From Nageia nagi (lineage: Eukaryota; Plantae; Pinophyta): a DNA stretch of 64,000 nt. Location of the stretch: assembly GCA_050084985.1 (NCBI GenBank), contig JBITNC010000001.1, positions 86,862,001 through 86,926,000 of the forward strand. Reading direction: 5' to 3'. Made by a program: the position numbers and the translations under genes. Within the stretch, counting starts at the first letter, position 1; each line of letters begins with the position of its first letter. The notes below the pieces were generated by a model that did no database searches, was not told the origin of the DNA, and saw nothing but the letters and a program-made list of their open reading frames with translations. Below, piece by piece: positions 51,871 through 64,000 of this stretch.

Positions 51871-54800
51871 CATATGATAATCGATCATTATTTTCTCCAA
51901 AATCTACCTGGCTATTTAGTTGGCATTAGTAGGAGTTGCGCTTAAGGCCACCAATGCATACAACATTGCCATGCGATCCTCTTCTCTCCTTCAAAACCTA
52001 CCTTCTTGAATTTGAACTTATGGCCTCTAAAATAAGGAAAACCTTAGATCGATTTAGAATTCAATTTTTTGAGCGTGAATAGATCTTAAAGCATAAAGAA
52101 TTTAGAGAAACCCTTACTTTTTGGGATGGAAAGATCGAAGGGGGAACTCATTTATGATCATTGATGCTTCCCTTCTTTCCTCTTTCACTGCGAGCTTGCT
52201 CTTATTTCCCCGCCATGAAAGACTTTCCACCAACTCCTCCACTGGCGTTGCTCTCAGCAACAAACTTAATCCCACTCTGTTCATATGCCATTCCTTCATT
52301 AAACATACCAACTATGTTCAAACACCTGCTCCACATTCAACCTAGGGTAGGTAACACATTGAATCTTATCCTACACTCTTACGATCATGAAGTTGGTGAG
52401 AATTACCTCTCATTTCAACTTGGTCATTGTGTTATTGATTGCCTTCATATAATTGATGAGTCGATGAATTTAATGCCTTTATTGCATTAAACTATTACAA
52501 GCTATTATTTGGCATGCTCATGTTAATATTTCATATATGAGCCTAAGTTTTTTTTCCCACCTTCTTAATGCACTCAATCTTGTATTAACATCTTATTTTT
52601 AAGTAAAAGGGGGACAAGCTTATGAGTATTTTACTTAATTTTTATATCCTCCTAACAATTTGCATGTCTTTAATTTTGTGATAAAATCTTTATGTCAAAG
52701 TATGGAATGCCCATTACTTTGAATTTCTTAGATCACTTAATTTTTTTTAAAAGAAATGCTTAGCACTTAATTTTTTAAGCTAATAATGCATACATAGAAT
52801 TTAATTTTTAAGTTGAAGTAATGCATGATTATTACTTAAGTTACGATGCCTTTTTTATGCAAGTTATGAGAATAATGCATTTGTTTTAATGCTTTAAGCT
52901 TAATTTTAAGGACTTAAGCTTTTAATTAATGCTTAGAACTTAGTTTTTAAGATGCATGAATGCATGTTGAGTATTTATTATTATGCAAAGTACATAATGG
53001 ACTTGTGCAAAAATGTGTATATTTTAAAATTAAGTATTTTGTGCACTAGCATTATTATGTTTTATGTGCATCATTATTTAAGATGATTTTAAATTGAAAT
53101 TATTGTATTTGAGGTTTATTTTTCTTTATCTTGAGAATTTGAAAATTTATCCAATAAATGATTTGGTGCAAAATAGAAGCAAAAATAATATTTAGTAATT
53201 CTGCAAAGTTCCACTCACATGCCCAAGTGGATAGCCAAACTAAGTAGAATCTTCGGTATGATCAAGAGAGTTGGAGTTAGAACTCATAGGATCTTTGATA
53301 GGCAAACTAGGTATATTGAATAAAGCAGCATGAGTGATCAGGGCGAAATGACACTTGATGTTAAAAAATAGGTAGTACACCCATTAATCCCATTCTCAAG
53401 TTAGTCATGAAACATAAGTGATCTCCTAATGAAGATCTCGTCACCATACTATAAACATAATTGTATAGGGCGATAGTACTCATGAGGATGCAACATGGTA
53501 GGACCTGCATAGTGCAAAAAATGAAAGATAAAAGGTGTCCACTAATAGTAAAGGATGATCTTCCATGTCTAGTTCAGATGATACACAAGTGTGATTATGA
53601 GGCGTAACTGCTTAGCATCCTCCAAATGATCGATAACGTAGATGGTCGATCGAAGGTGAATTTGATGATCTTATATGTGAACCAAGTTTTACTGTAAAGC
53701 AGTCTGTAGCATAGTGCAAGCACGTATGACTCAACATTGAATACATCAATAAAGAACTTCTTGGGGAAGATCAACACGAAGACCTTCAAAAATGGTCATA
53801 TCCATGATGAATGACAAGTGAGTCAAATCTCTCTTAAGGTTTTTTACATAAGTGAATGTAATGGTGATCAAATAGAATGAAATGAACTTATAGAATTACA
53901 AATTAACTAGATCATTGATTATAAATAGGAATATCAAAATGGATCAACCATGCAAGCATAATAACTAATGTGATTATATACTTTATTAAAATGCTAAAAA
54001 AGATTTCCATTGATAAACCCAAGTGGATGGCACTTCTAGCTTGATTAATGTTAGTCTGATGAATGGTCATCGGAATTCGAAGAATTAGCATCATATTTAG
54101 ATATGCTAGAATCAAATGCGTCCAATCTTAAAATATAATAATGTAAAAGAGGCAAAAAGTGATAAGAAACAAAAAATTGATGACATAAAATATGATGTTC
54201 ACCTCACTAAGCAATGCAAAAAGAGTACGTGGATGACCATTGTAGCCTATGCTGACGAACTACCCATGCTATAGTGAATGGTTCAAAATACTCCTATGGA
54301 TGTAGGAAAGGCGATTCGATGTAACATATGAATTGCAAAAGATAACAATTAAATAAGGTATAAACCATTATACGCCATATTCAATCAAGTCGATTGAGCA
54401 AATGAAATAATCAATGAACATGATCCTCATGATTGAGATGAAAAATCATGCAAATACCATAATAATCATCTAAGTACAATTTAAGAAATACTAGTCGCTA
54501 TTGTAATAAAACTTCAGAAGTGATCAAAACATAATTTTCTAAAGCTGCATGAATGCTATGATACACTATGTTATCATGCAGATCACTCAGTATGACATGA
54601 AATTGAGAAACATCCATGCAAGATAACTAATAATACAAGATTTTAAATTAAATCATAAATGTAAAGCATCGAATGATAAACGAGGATCATTTGTAGCTAT
54701 TTATAATACATATGATTTGATATATTCAAACTATAATAATCATGATAATTGGAGAAAAGGATTCATTGGACAACAAATTTGCAACAATAAAATATCTCAC

Positions 54801-54899
54801 CTACCACTTATTTAATTGATTGATATCATACACATCATATCATGTTAAGATGGTAATAATGATAGTACCACTAAGCCGCGTAATGATTAAGTAATCATT

Positions 54900-55535
54900 A
54901 TGTTATTTTTCTCTCTTATCTTGACTATTAAATTATATAGTTTAATCATGAGCGATAGATGGATTGTCATGACTACCATAGAGAATTTTACACACATAAA
55001 AAGTTCTTTCCTGAGTTTTGATAAGGAAACAAACAAATGGGCAAACTTAGATAATGCCTATCTTCATCACGAACTGGTTGTAATAAAGGTCAAGATGGAG
55101 ATAATGGCCCATCGTTATGATATGCTACAAAAAAAAATTGTATATGTACAGTATTACCATGAACTCTTGGCTAAGCATAGTAAACTACTAGTTGAGAAAA
55201 ATATGTTGCAATTACAAGAAAAAGATAATGAGATACAAATTAGGCATGATACCAATAATAACCATTATAGAATGCAACGATTAAAAGAAAAGTGGAAGAG
55301 AAGAACCTTCCAGTATAAGGATATCCTTCAACATTTTGGTATTCACATTCCAAAGAAAATAGCATCTAAAACTTATGTGGGTCCTACAAAAGTTGAACCA
55401 CAATCTCAATCACAACAATCAACTACTCTGGTATGGAATGGACTTTCCTACATAAAACCCATGCATCCTTTATTCACCAAGCCCTTTTTTGAAGTAGGTT
55501 TGGTGAAATATCCCTCCAGGGGGAGTATTGGTTGA
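54900..55535 (+). CDS. Unknown ORF (211 aa, helical/coiled-coil-like) in the LTR element internal region
   Basis: Open in copy 1; homologous but disrupted at ~61222-61860 in copy 2. Confidence 0.45.
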   Translation: MLFFSLILTIKLYSLIMSDRWIVMTTIENFTHIKSSFLSFDKETNKWANLDNAYLHHELVVIKVKMEIMAHRYDMLQKKIVYVQYYHELLAKHSKLLVEKNMLQLQEKDNEIQIRHDTNNNHYRMQRLKEKWKRRTFQYKDILQHFGIHIPKKIASKTYVGPTKVEPQSQSQQSTTLVWNGLSYIKPMHPLFTKPFFEVGLVKYPSRGSIG

Positions 55536-55844
55536 ATTCTTATTGAATCCTTTATTCATTATTATAATATGTATGCGGACTTTCCCAAATCCAAGCCCCT
55601 TCTTTCCACAAGCAAGTTCTTGATGCAACAACTACAGCTCTATTCATCTATTTTTTTAATTCCATGTTGGGAAGGTGGATCCATTTTGATGGACTATGTT
55701 ACATTGCTAAATCCAAGCATCTTTCATTGATGGCTTTTGTTACATGCATTTTTTGTTAACTTTATGCTATATAGTGTTGATTTTGTTATACACCTTCATG
55801 GTAAGTTTGCTCTACATGAGGAACTTATTGTACAACTTGGCGTA

Positions 55845-56044
55845 TCTTGCACTATTCAGTTATCCATATATGAAGAACTCTTATGTGTCATTTGGCACTA
55901 TTTAGTTATCCATATATGAGGAACTCTTATGTCATTTGGCATTGTTCAGTTATCCATATGTGAGGAACTTTTATGTGCATGCTTTAGTTTGATCTAGCAC
56001 TGTTCAGTTCTCCATGTGTGAGGAACTCTTATGTGTTTTTTGGC
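55845..56044 (+). repeat. Minisatellite gcactattcagttatccatatgtgaggaactcttatgtg (copy 1)
   Basis: About 4 units, cut by the LTR at 56045. Confidence 0.85.
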
Positions 56045-58384
56045 TGTTAGAATTATAATGTTATTTAAAGCATTATGTAATTAATATGATTAATAATCAC
56101 CTAAATTTGGTTATTAGATGATAATGAAGTTCATGCATGGTGGATGGAATAGTATTCTCCACACAACTTAAAATAATAATTGTTAGGTGGAATAGTGTCT
56201 CCACTAACAATTTAATGTAATTCTATATTGTAACTTAGAGTTAACTAACCTATTATGGTTAAGTTAGTTAACTACCTAAGGTTAGTTTTGATTTCTATAA
56301 AAGGAGCTCATTTTGTGAATATTTGTAAGAGAAGAAGATGAAGATGAGAAGTTGTTAGTATAGATCTTAGTTAGTAAGATCTTAAGCATGCAAGCTATGC
56401 TTCATGGTAAAGAGAGTCATAGTTGAGATCTATGAGAGTGTACATTGTTTGAGAGTATAGTGAAAAGGAGACCTAAAGTGGAGTACTCCATGTGATGAAG
56501 GAACCACTATACATATTGTGTTACTATGTGAGAATGCTTCTTGTGTTCTTAGTTTTTAGAATGGTTGTTTGCTAGTTTGATGGAGTTCATACAAGAGTTC
56601 TTGAGTTATGGAATCCTTCATTTCCATCAAATGGTATCACAGCTTCCTTGTGGGATCTCTTTCAAACTTCAACTTGGAAATTTAAGGTAACTCACCTCAA
56701 ATTAAGGTATATATAAATTCTTATCTTATTTTATTTTTTTCCTTGAAAATATAGCTACCATATTATTTGTATGGTTAGATTAAAATCTTTGGTAGATCTA
56801 AGTTAAAGGTTTGAGTTCAACCTTAATTATACCATTATTTTTTAAATTTAAAACATTATATATGTTCTTATTTTGATAGATCTTGATAATAAGGATCTAT
56901 ACTAATGATAAAACATTTATTTATGTTAGATTAATGGTGCTAATATCTAACATTTTATGATAATTATCATAATAGAAGTATAAATTTGCAATAATATGTA
57001 TAAAATTTATTTGATTTGGAACTTTCATATTTTCATATGTGCCCATCTTGAGTTATTATGAGAACTAATTTAAAAATAAGTATAAGATTTTTTATAAGTC
57101 GTAAAGTTTCCTTCTCAATATGATGTCCTTTTCCTAATCACCCATTCAATCTACGCATTTGGCTATTTTTTTTACTATCCCAAGTTTATTATTAATCAAA
57201 AGTTTATTATCAATAAAAAATTAAACATCGCATCTTGTGCACCACCATAGACTCTTATGCTAGTGCTCCCCAGCCACCCCTCTAGCGGTGCTTCCTTTTC
57301 CCTTTCTATTGAGAACTTGCATTTATTTCCCTATCCATCTCCCCATGTCTAGTTTGAACTGGTGTTTGAATATGCCCTAACACCAGTAGGCGATTCCAAA
57401 AATAAAAAAAGGGGGATGAACACACATAATTATTTATAGTTGATTTCACCCTTGGCCCTTTTCTCTGACTATGCATGCTCTCTGTATTGTATTTGGCATC
57501 TATTGCCATCCTCTCCTCTCATTGCACTGCAGCTATGGAGATAGCCATGGAAAAAGTTTTTTGTTACAAGCCTCAACGGATGACCATGGCGATCTCTGCA
57601 CCATTATCATTTGCAAGCCATATAACATAAGCATCTGTGCATCAATTTTATTGAGTGGTTTGAAATGTCATCCATTCCTATTGCTATCCATTCCTTTGTG
57701 GCTGATGCACACATAGTACTTCACGTTGAATATCTTAGCAGCAAATACAGAGTGAGAAATTATGTCCTTTTCATAGTTAATTCTCTTAGCCATGGTGAAG
57801 ATGGAGCATTTCAAGCCTACTATTCTTCAAACTCGATCTATTTTGTGTGCTTTCACATGAGACCTTCGTGTCTTCCTTAACAATGACCATGGCATCCCCA
57901 TTTTGCTTACCCTCTAAAATGCAACACTGCCTCTCCTTTTAAGCTTCCTTCATTTATTCTTTCATCATTAAGATCGGGGGGGAGGGTGGATTGGGCCAAA
58001 CATGCTCATTCAATGCTTGGATTAACACTTCTAATGCAAATTTATGTAGCGTGTCTTCGCTTCCATGAGTTGTAGCTTATCAAATGCATCAAGTTGGATC
58101 AATCATCCTTGATGTTGGTCATGAACCACTATGTGCAATACCTTATTGATCTTAACATGGGGCACAGGGTAATGAATGACTATGATCGAACTCACCCACC
58201 TCTTCCCTACACCTTTCAATAGGTAAATTACAAAAAAAAAAATTGATCCTACAATTCCTTCTTCATCATCTGCGACCTCTCTATTGCTTGCATGCTTGCT
58301 CCTGATTAGGGCATATGTTTTCTTATCCCTGCATCGATTCACCGTTGAAGATTATTCTCCTCTTAGAGCATTGAAATATTCCAT

Positions 58385-58498
58385 AGTAGATCATTTTTTC
58401 CACATGGTGCCCACGATGGGTGGGTGATTTGTTTTTGACTTAGTAGATCATTTTTTCCACACAGTGCCCACGATGGGTGGGTGATTTATTTTTGACTT
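58385..58498 (+). repeat. ~56-bp tandem duplication
   Basis: tagtagatcattttttccaca..gtgcccacgatgggtgggtgattt.tttttgact twice. Confidence 0.9.
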
Positions 58499-61400
58499 TG
58501 GACATTCATTATTTTAATGCAAATATTCCCATCAACACTAAACAAAAAAATCAACACTAGTTGGTGGTGGATGGTAAGTCTTTTTTTGTATTTTCCATAA
58601 ACGTAGAGTGGGTGGTATTTATTTTTAAAATAATTTTTTTATTGGGTATTCTCTAAAGGATCTTGCCTTACATTTTTTATTATGGACAATATTTTGCACT
58701 TTAGTGGATTCCATTTTAATCCTAATTAATGAGTGTAATTTTTAATCCCACTTTCTAATTTTTAATTGCATGTGGCATTTTCTTGCACCTATGCATTTTT
58801 TTTGAACGATGCAAGTAGCCTTAATATAACTTATTTACCTTTACATCGATGTTATTATTACCATCATATTTATGCATTTTTGTTTAGTCATGCACATTTT
58901 ATTATATCATTTTTTCTAACGATAAAAAAAGGGGAAGGATGCATTCAATCTTCCCTCTTGTATTAAAATCTTATTTTTTAAGTAAAATAGGGGGAAAGAC
59001 TTATATGTATTTTACTTAATTTTTATATCCTCATCCCAATTTGTATGTCTATTTTTTAAGTGTTTATCTTTATGTTAAAGTATGGAATGCCCATTACTTT
59101 GTTAGATCACTTAATTTTTTTTAAGACATGCTTAGAATTTAATGTTTAAGTTGAAATAATGTATGATTATTACTTAAGTTATGATGCTTTTTTTATGCAA
59201 GTGATGAGAATAATGCATTTGTTTTAATGCTTAAAGCTAAATTTTAAGGACTTAAGCTTTTAAATTAATGCTTAGCACTTAGTTTTTAAGATGCATGAAT
59301 GCATATTGAGTGTTTATCCTTATGCAAAGCATGGAATGGACTTATGCAAAAATGTAAATACTTCAAAATTAAGTATTTTTTGCATTATATTTTGAAGCAT
59401 TTTGTGCATTAGCATTATTATGATTTATATGCATCATTATTTATAATATCCTTAAATTAAAATTATTGTATTTGAAGTTTATCTTGAGAACTTAAAAATT
59501 TATCTAATAAATAATTTAATTCAAGATAAAAATAAAAATAATATTTAGTACTTTTGTAAAGTTCCACTCACATGCCCAAGTGGATAGCCAAACTATGTAG
59601 AATCATTGGCATGATCGGGAGAGTTGGAGTTAGAACTCTCAGGTTCTATGATAGGTAAACTAGGCATATTGAATAACGTAGCATGAGTGATAAAAAAAAA
59701 AATCTAATATTGAAAAATGGGTAATACACCTATTGATCCCCTTCTCACATTAGTCATGAAACATAAGTGGACTTCCAATGAAGATCTCATCACCATACTA
59801 TAAACACAATGGTATAGGGGTGATAGTACTCATGAGGATGCAACATTATAGGACCTACATAGTGCAAAAAATGGAAGATAAAAAGTGTTCATGAATAATA
59901 AAGGATAATCTTCCATGTCCAATTCAGATGACAGACAAGTGTGAGTATGAGATGTAACTGCTCGACATCCTCTAAATGATGGATAAAGCAGATGGCCTAT
60001 CGATGAAGATTTTGATAACCTTGTATGCGAATCAAATTTTATCACACAGTAATTTACAATGCAGTGTAAGCACATTGTAAGACTCGACCTTAAATATGTC
60101 GATAAAGAACTTCTTGGAGAAGATCAACATAAAGACTTTAAAAAAAGGTGATATCTATGATGAATGATAAGTGAGTCAACTCTCTCTGAGGGTTTCATAC
60201 ATAAATGAAAATAATGGTGATCAACTAGAATACAATGAATTTATAAAATTACAACTAACTAGATCATTGATCATAAATAGAAACATCAAAATAGATCAAC
60301 CATGGAAGCATAATAACCAATGTGATCATGTAATTTATTTTATTAAAATGTTATAAAAGATTTCCACTGATAAGCCTAAGTGGGTGGTGCTTCCAGCTCG
60401 ATTAATGCTAGTCTAGTAAATGGTCATCAGAATCCAAAGAATTAACATCATCTTCAAATATGCTAGAATCAGATGTGTTCAATCTTAAAAGATATTGATG
60501 TGGAAGATGTGGAAAGTGATAAGAAAAAAAAATCAATGACATAAAATATGATGTCCACCTTGCTAAGCAACATGACAAGAGTATGTGGATGACCATTATA
60601 GCCTATGCTGATGAACTGCCCATACTATAATGAGTGGTTCGAAATACTTCTTTGGATCTAGGAAAGGTGATCCAATGTAGTGTACGAATTGTAATAAGTA
60701 GCGATTGAATGGGGTATAAACCATTATACATCATGTCTAATCAGTTTGATTGAGCAAATGAAATAATCGATGAACATGATCCTCATGATTGAGATGAAAA
60801 ATCATGCAAATACTATAATAATCATCTAGGTACAATTGAAAAATCACTAATCATTGTTGTAATAAAATCTTAGATGCAATCAAAGTGCAATTTTTTTAAA
60901 ATTGCATAAACACTATGATGCACTATGTTATCTTGAAGATCACTTGGTAGGATATGAAATTGAGACACATCTATGATAGATAATAGCTCAAATCATAAAT
61001 GCAAACCATTAAATGATAAGTGAGGGTCATTTATGATTATTTATGATGCACATGATTTGATATAATCAAACTATAATAATTATGACAACTAAAAAAAAGA
61101 TTTACGATAATAAAATATCTCATCTACCATTAATTTAATTGATTGATGTCATACACATCATGTCATGTTAAGATGGTAATAATGACAATACCACTAATCT
61201 GCGTAATGACTAAGTAATCATTGTGCTATTTTTCTCTTCTCTTGACTATTAAATTGGATAGTTTAATCATGAGTGATAGGTTGATCATCATGACTTTCAC
61301 AAAGAATTTTATTGCACACATGGAAATTTCTTCTTTGAGTTCTAACATAAAAATAAACATATGGGTAGACTAAGAGAATGCCTACTTTCACCATGAACTG

Positions 61401-62167
61401 GTTGCCACAAAAGTCGAGATGGAGATAATGGTCCATTATTATGATATGCTACAACAAGAGAAAGTTGTATGTATATAGTATTACTATGAACTCTTGGTTG
61501 AACATAATAAACTACTAGTAAAAAAAATATGTGGTAATTACAAGCCAAAGAGATTGAGATACAACTTAGGTGCGATGCAAGCAATAGCCATTATGGAATG
61601 CGATAATTAAAAGAAAAATGGAAGCAAAGGGCCTCCTAATATAAGGATATCCTTTGACACTTTGGTATTCACATTCCAAAGGAAATAGCATCTCAACCTT
61701 CTATGGATCCTACCAAAGTTGACCCATAATCTCAATCACAACAATTAGCCGCTCTAGTATGGAATGGACATTCCTACACCAAACCCACATGTCCTTTATT
61801 CACCAAACCCCTTTCTGAAGTAGGGTTAATGAAATATCCCTCCAGGAGGAGTATTGGTTGAATTCTTATTAAAATTTTAATTCGTTATTGTATATGTATA
61901 CAAACTTTCCCAAATCCAAGCCCTTTATTTCGAAAAGCAAATTCTTGATAAAATAATTACAACTTTGTTCATCTATTTTTTTTATGTTAAGAAGGTGGAT
62001 CCATTTTGTTGGATTATGTTACATTACTAAATCCAAGTTTTTTTTTGTTGATGACTTTTATTACATGCATCTTTTGTTGACTTTATGTTGTATAATGTTG
62101 ATTTTGTTGTACACCTTCATGATAAGTTCGCTCTGCATGAGGAACTTGCTGTATAACTTGACCAATC

Positions 62168-62575
62168 TTGCACTATTCAGTTATCCATATGTGAAGAACT
62201 CTTATGTGTCATTTGGCATTGTTCAATTATCCATATATGAGAAACTCATATGTGCATGCTTTATTTTGATCTAGCACTATTCAATTATTCATATGTGAGG
62301 AACTCTCATGTGTCGTTTATTACTATTTAGTTATCCATATGTGAGGAACTCGTATGTGCATGCTTTATTTTGATCTAGCACTGTTCAGTTATCTATATGT
62401 GAGAAACTCTTACGCATCATTTGGCACTGTTCAATTATCCATATGTGAGGAACTTGTATGTGCATGCTTTATTTTGATCTAGCACTATTCTGTTATCCAT
62501 GTGTGAGGAACTCTTCTGTGTCTTTTGACACTATTCAATTATCCATATATGAGAAATTCGTATATGCATGCTCTC
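62168..62575 (+). repeat. Same minisatellite, about 8 units alternating short and long (copy 2)
   Basis: Units alternate ...gtgtcatttg and ...gtgcatgctttattttgatcta. Confidence 0.88.
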
Positions 62576-62964
62576 TTTATCATGATCATCAACACATATT
62601 TTATATACATCATATGACTATAAGTATTGATTTGGCATCCTTTGTGATGACTTATAGTGCATCCTCAACTCCACATATTTTTTGCTGACTATAAGTATTG
62701 GCTTGGTATCCTTTGTGATGACTTGTATTGTAACATAAATCCAAGTATCTTTTGATGACTATAAGTATTGATTTAGCATCTCCATGATGGATTATAGTGC
62801 ACTAATGGCCATCCTCTTTTCTACTTCCATGATGATGGAGATAGATCCATGATGATGGATTATTTACATATTGTTGATGAAATTTGATTAATTCATGCTA
62901 CCAATTTAATTATTTCAATCTTAATTAGTAACATGGTTAAGATGGACTTCTAATTATAAAATCT

Positions 62965-63135
62965 TAGCTCACTCTTGGTAAAATCAAGTATATTTATTAT
63001 GTTATCTTGACTCACTCTTGGTAAAGTCCAATTTATTTATTGTGGCATCTTAACTCACTCTTGGTAAAGTTAAGTTTATTTGTTGTGGCATCTTGACTCA
63101 CTCTTGGTAAAGTCAAGTTTATTTATTATGGTACT
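62965..63135 (+). repeat. ~43-bp tandem repeat x4 upstream of the PPT
   Basis: ctcactcttggtaaagtcaagtttatttattgtggcatcttga units. Confidence 0.88.
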
Positions 63136-64000
63136 TAAGATGGCATTTTATGCCTTATGATCTTTATTTTACCTTTCAATATTGCTATCCATATTGGTCA
63201 AGTTGGCCTTTCTTCTTAGCATGATTCATGTCACATTATCACATATGTATTTATTTGATGAATTTATCATCAAGGTGGAGAAAATGTTCGGTTGGTTGTA
63301 TTGTTGTGATGACACCTCTCATATAAAACACATATGATAGTAAGAAACAAATACGAAAGATAGAATGATAAATAACAAAGATAAATAAAAGTATCATTTT
63401 TTTAATGCATATCAATTGGTTGATAGTGCACATATCTTGATATATGCGCATGTGATATTTTTAGATATCATAGTTGATGATTTATGTCATCTTTATTGTG
63501 CATTTATGGTTTTTTAACATATTTATATATTTTATTATGATCATTGTATGGATAGTATGATTCAATTCATGTTGATATGAATGTATAATGCTTATAACTG
63601 ATCTTGTTATAAATTGATTGTAGTTTGCAAATTTTCTTTAAGAGATTGCAAGTTACTTATGATAACAGCTGTGAGACTTCTTGGCTTTTGGCATTTGGAT
63701 CTTCAACCTTTTATCCTTTATATAAAGTCTCAAAAAGTCTCTTTTCTTTTAAAATTGTAAAGCTTTATTTGGTTATATGTACACTTTGTAGCATGAGTAG
63801 AATCTCTTTGTAAAATTATTATTTTTCTAATCATTTTCAAAATAACATTAAAGGGGAGTGTTAGAATCATAATGTTATTTAGGGCATTATGTAATTAATA
63901 ATAATCACTTAAATTTGGTTATTAGATGATAATGAGGTTCATGCATGGTGGGTGGAATAGTATTCTCCACCTAATTTAAAATAATAATTGTTAAATGGAA

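Larger units (their letters stand above)
50017..56044 (+). mobile_element. Non-autonomous LTR retroelement copy 1 (5' LTR 50017-50602, PBS 50605); interrupted by copy 2
   Basis: tgttagaattataatg...catca then aa tggtatca; internal 52575-56040 collinear with 58955-62560; no gag/pol motifs recognised. Confidence 0.88.
56045..64000 (+). mobile_element. Non-autonomous LTR retroelement copy 2 (5' LTR 56045-56629, PBS 56632, PPT 63850-63858, 3' LTR from 63859)
   Basis: LTR homologous to 50017-50602; PBS tggtatcacagc; PPT aaaggggag immediately before tgttagaatc. Confidence 0.92.

Noticed and set aside
62168-63135. CRISPR-like repeat arrays
   Set aside because: No unique spacers; eukaryotic retroelement minisatellites.
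50017-64000. Tandem LTR-internal-LTR-internal-LTR array
   Set aside because: The middle LTR lacks a PPT and interrupts a minisatellite unit; nested insertion fits better.

Overview
AT-rich, heavily decayed plant nuclear DNA, most likely gymnosperm-type (inferred from the very large intron and old nested TEs). One host gene is present: exons 1-5 of the thylakoid-lumen pentapeptide-repeat protein TL15 (minus strand, 47261->41425). I did not find its remaining exons, so bases 1-41424 may be one >41 kb intron. That region holds (i) two opposite-facing copies of a Helitron2/Helentron-type rolling-circle element, one carrying a full four-domain RPA70 gene plus a DUF6570-Rep-PIF1 gene, with PPR and TEL2 gene fragments nearby; (ii) a truncated MULE; (iii) a near full-length L1 LINE split by a 3.4 kb solo LTR and two RTE-type LINE copies; (iv) several solo LTRs. 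Upstream of TL15 (50-64 kb) are two nested copies of a non-autonomous LTR element with no recognisable gag/pol. They share an unknown ORF but carry different cargo at the same site, and one cargo is an intronless 2-hydroxyacid dehydrogenase fragment. All calls are by eye; no database searches or alignments were run.
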